Below, piece by piece: positions 62,517 through 64,000 of a stretch of 64,000 nucleotides of DNA. How positions within the stretch are numbered: position 1 is the stretch's first letter; the number at the start of each line of letters is the position of its first letter. The stretch lies in the NCBI RefSeq assembly GCF_030028105.1, contig NC_092382.1, positions 88,452,533-88,516,532 on the forward strand. Reading direction: 5' to 3'. Under the pieces are notes generated by a model. It saw only the letters and a list, made by a program, of their open reading frames with translations, was not told the origin of the DNA and made no database searches. Both the position numbers and the translations under genes were made by a program. The DNA is from Mobula birostris. Taxonomy: Eukaryota.

Positions 62517-64000
62517 CTAGTGACACACTACCGGGTTCACACTGGGGAGAAAGTTTCAACAAGCTGCATGCTCGATATTTGTCCATCATTGTTTCGAAAG
62601 CAATTTCGAGAGTGACTGTCAGTGCTGAACTCTGCAATTATTGCTGCTGCTCACCACACCCAGTTCTGTGGCCTGGTCTCTGGGCATGGGAGGAGTTTCT
62701 TCTGCTGCATATTCACCTTTAATGGAACTGGAGTTTAATATTCTGGATTTGAGACAAATAAATCAGTTCTATTTTAAACTCTGTCTCTAGTACTTAATTA
62801 ATTTATAACATACCTCGTGTACAGTAGAGAGTCAACTCAGGCTGGTTGGACCCTGCCAGCGATTCAGTTCCACAACAGTCCATTTAAATCCTCCCCTGTT
62901 GTTCACTTCTTGCTCTCCCTGTGGTGATGGGTTCCAAACAGTCACCACTCTGTGAGTGGTTTCCCTTGAATTTTCTGCAGTCTGAAGAAGTCGAGCTGAC
63001 TGCAGTTCTGTCTGAGATATTCTTCGCTCCTCTAATCTCTGGGCTGAGGAAGAATGACATTGGTAGTTAACCTCCTTAATCATGACTCATTTCCACATTA
63101 TTGGTCATTTTCCCTGCTTGTAAAGGGTTGTTAGAAAACACCACTGTCCTTTAAAGACATGGGAACAGAATGGGAAACCATCAGTTGGATGTTCAACAAA
63201 GCAGGGTCAGAAACCAGAGGCGGGTCTGCACAGGGCAGAGTTTGAGGCTGTGGACGATGGTCAGGGTAAGAATGTATAATGAGGAGAAGGGAATCAGCAG
63301 CGGGGCTTAACAACATTTGGAAGCTGATTGACAGGGAAAATAATTTGTTTGTCTGATGACACTAACAATGATTATGGTGAGGTGCTCCACTAGTTGAGGA
63401 ACATGAGTGTGTTGGGAATGATTGTATCTACTGAGGGAGTTGGTCCTGCTTGTTTATCCTGTAATATTATATCCGGATGGTTATTATGGATTGTCCTATT
63501 AGTAGTTATGTATTGATTATCATACAATTTGTAAGATTTTGACTCTAAAACTGGATCAGGCTTGAATTTATTGTGCCTTTATGATGTTACAGTGGTCGTT
63601 CATGAGTTTGTATTTTAAAGCAAGATTTTGGTGAATGATATTTGTCACTTGATTGTACCTACGTAAGTAATCAGATTGAGTTAAATTGCTGCAGGACTGT
63701 GTCTGGTTTCTCTTGGCATTTTCTGCATTTATTGCCTGTTTTGTTTGCCTTTAATGTAATTTTTATAATTTAAAATGTTAACTACCTTGTCCTGTATTTC
63801 CCCAAGGAACCCCTGTTTCTGGGAAGAGGTCTCCAACTCTGAGTCAGGCTCGCAATGCTTCCCTGTCACCAGCTAGTCTGCTCAGATCATTGGGATGTCT
63901 CCCATGGAGGTCACACTCATTCAACTGGTCAATGCTTTCTTCCATAGTGATGATTCATTTTTCTGAGTTGGCCTCTCATTTAAGTTTTCTGGTCTGTATT

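Overview
Vertebrate genomic DNA, most likely a cartilaginous fish (ray or shark). This is inferred from the GPR139-like GPCR pseudogene and the CR1, Rex-Babar and Penelope repeat types. The window is a cluster of five paralogous C2H2 zinc-finger genes: A 6367-7320 +, B 20819-21526 +, C 29225-29872 -, D 40543-41718 -, E 60971-61927 +. No KRAB or other effector domain is visible. Each gene sits in a duplicated cassette of up to about 14 kb (NRF1-type promoter/exon 1, TE-filled intron, single finger exon, 3' UTR, R4/Dong relic), present in tandem and inverted, partly deleted copies. All five ORFs start at an ATG inside a finger helix, 39 nt after a shared in-frame TGA. They differ in finger number and DNA-contact residues. 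Between and inside the cassettes are an ERV LTR with a tRNA-Ser PBS, hAT relics, solo LTRs and a young near-intact CR1. A GPR139-like pseudogene is split by an unusual Gypsy element carrying a 42-44 nt copy of the tRNA-Pro 3' half and an unassigned insert. There are also about 100-bp Penelope-derived insertions with 12-bp TSDs that carry minimal hammerhead ribozymes. All calls were made by eye, with no alignments or database searches, and TE boundaries are approximate.
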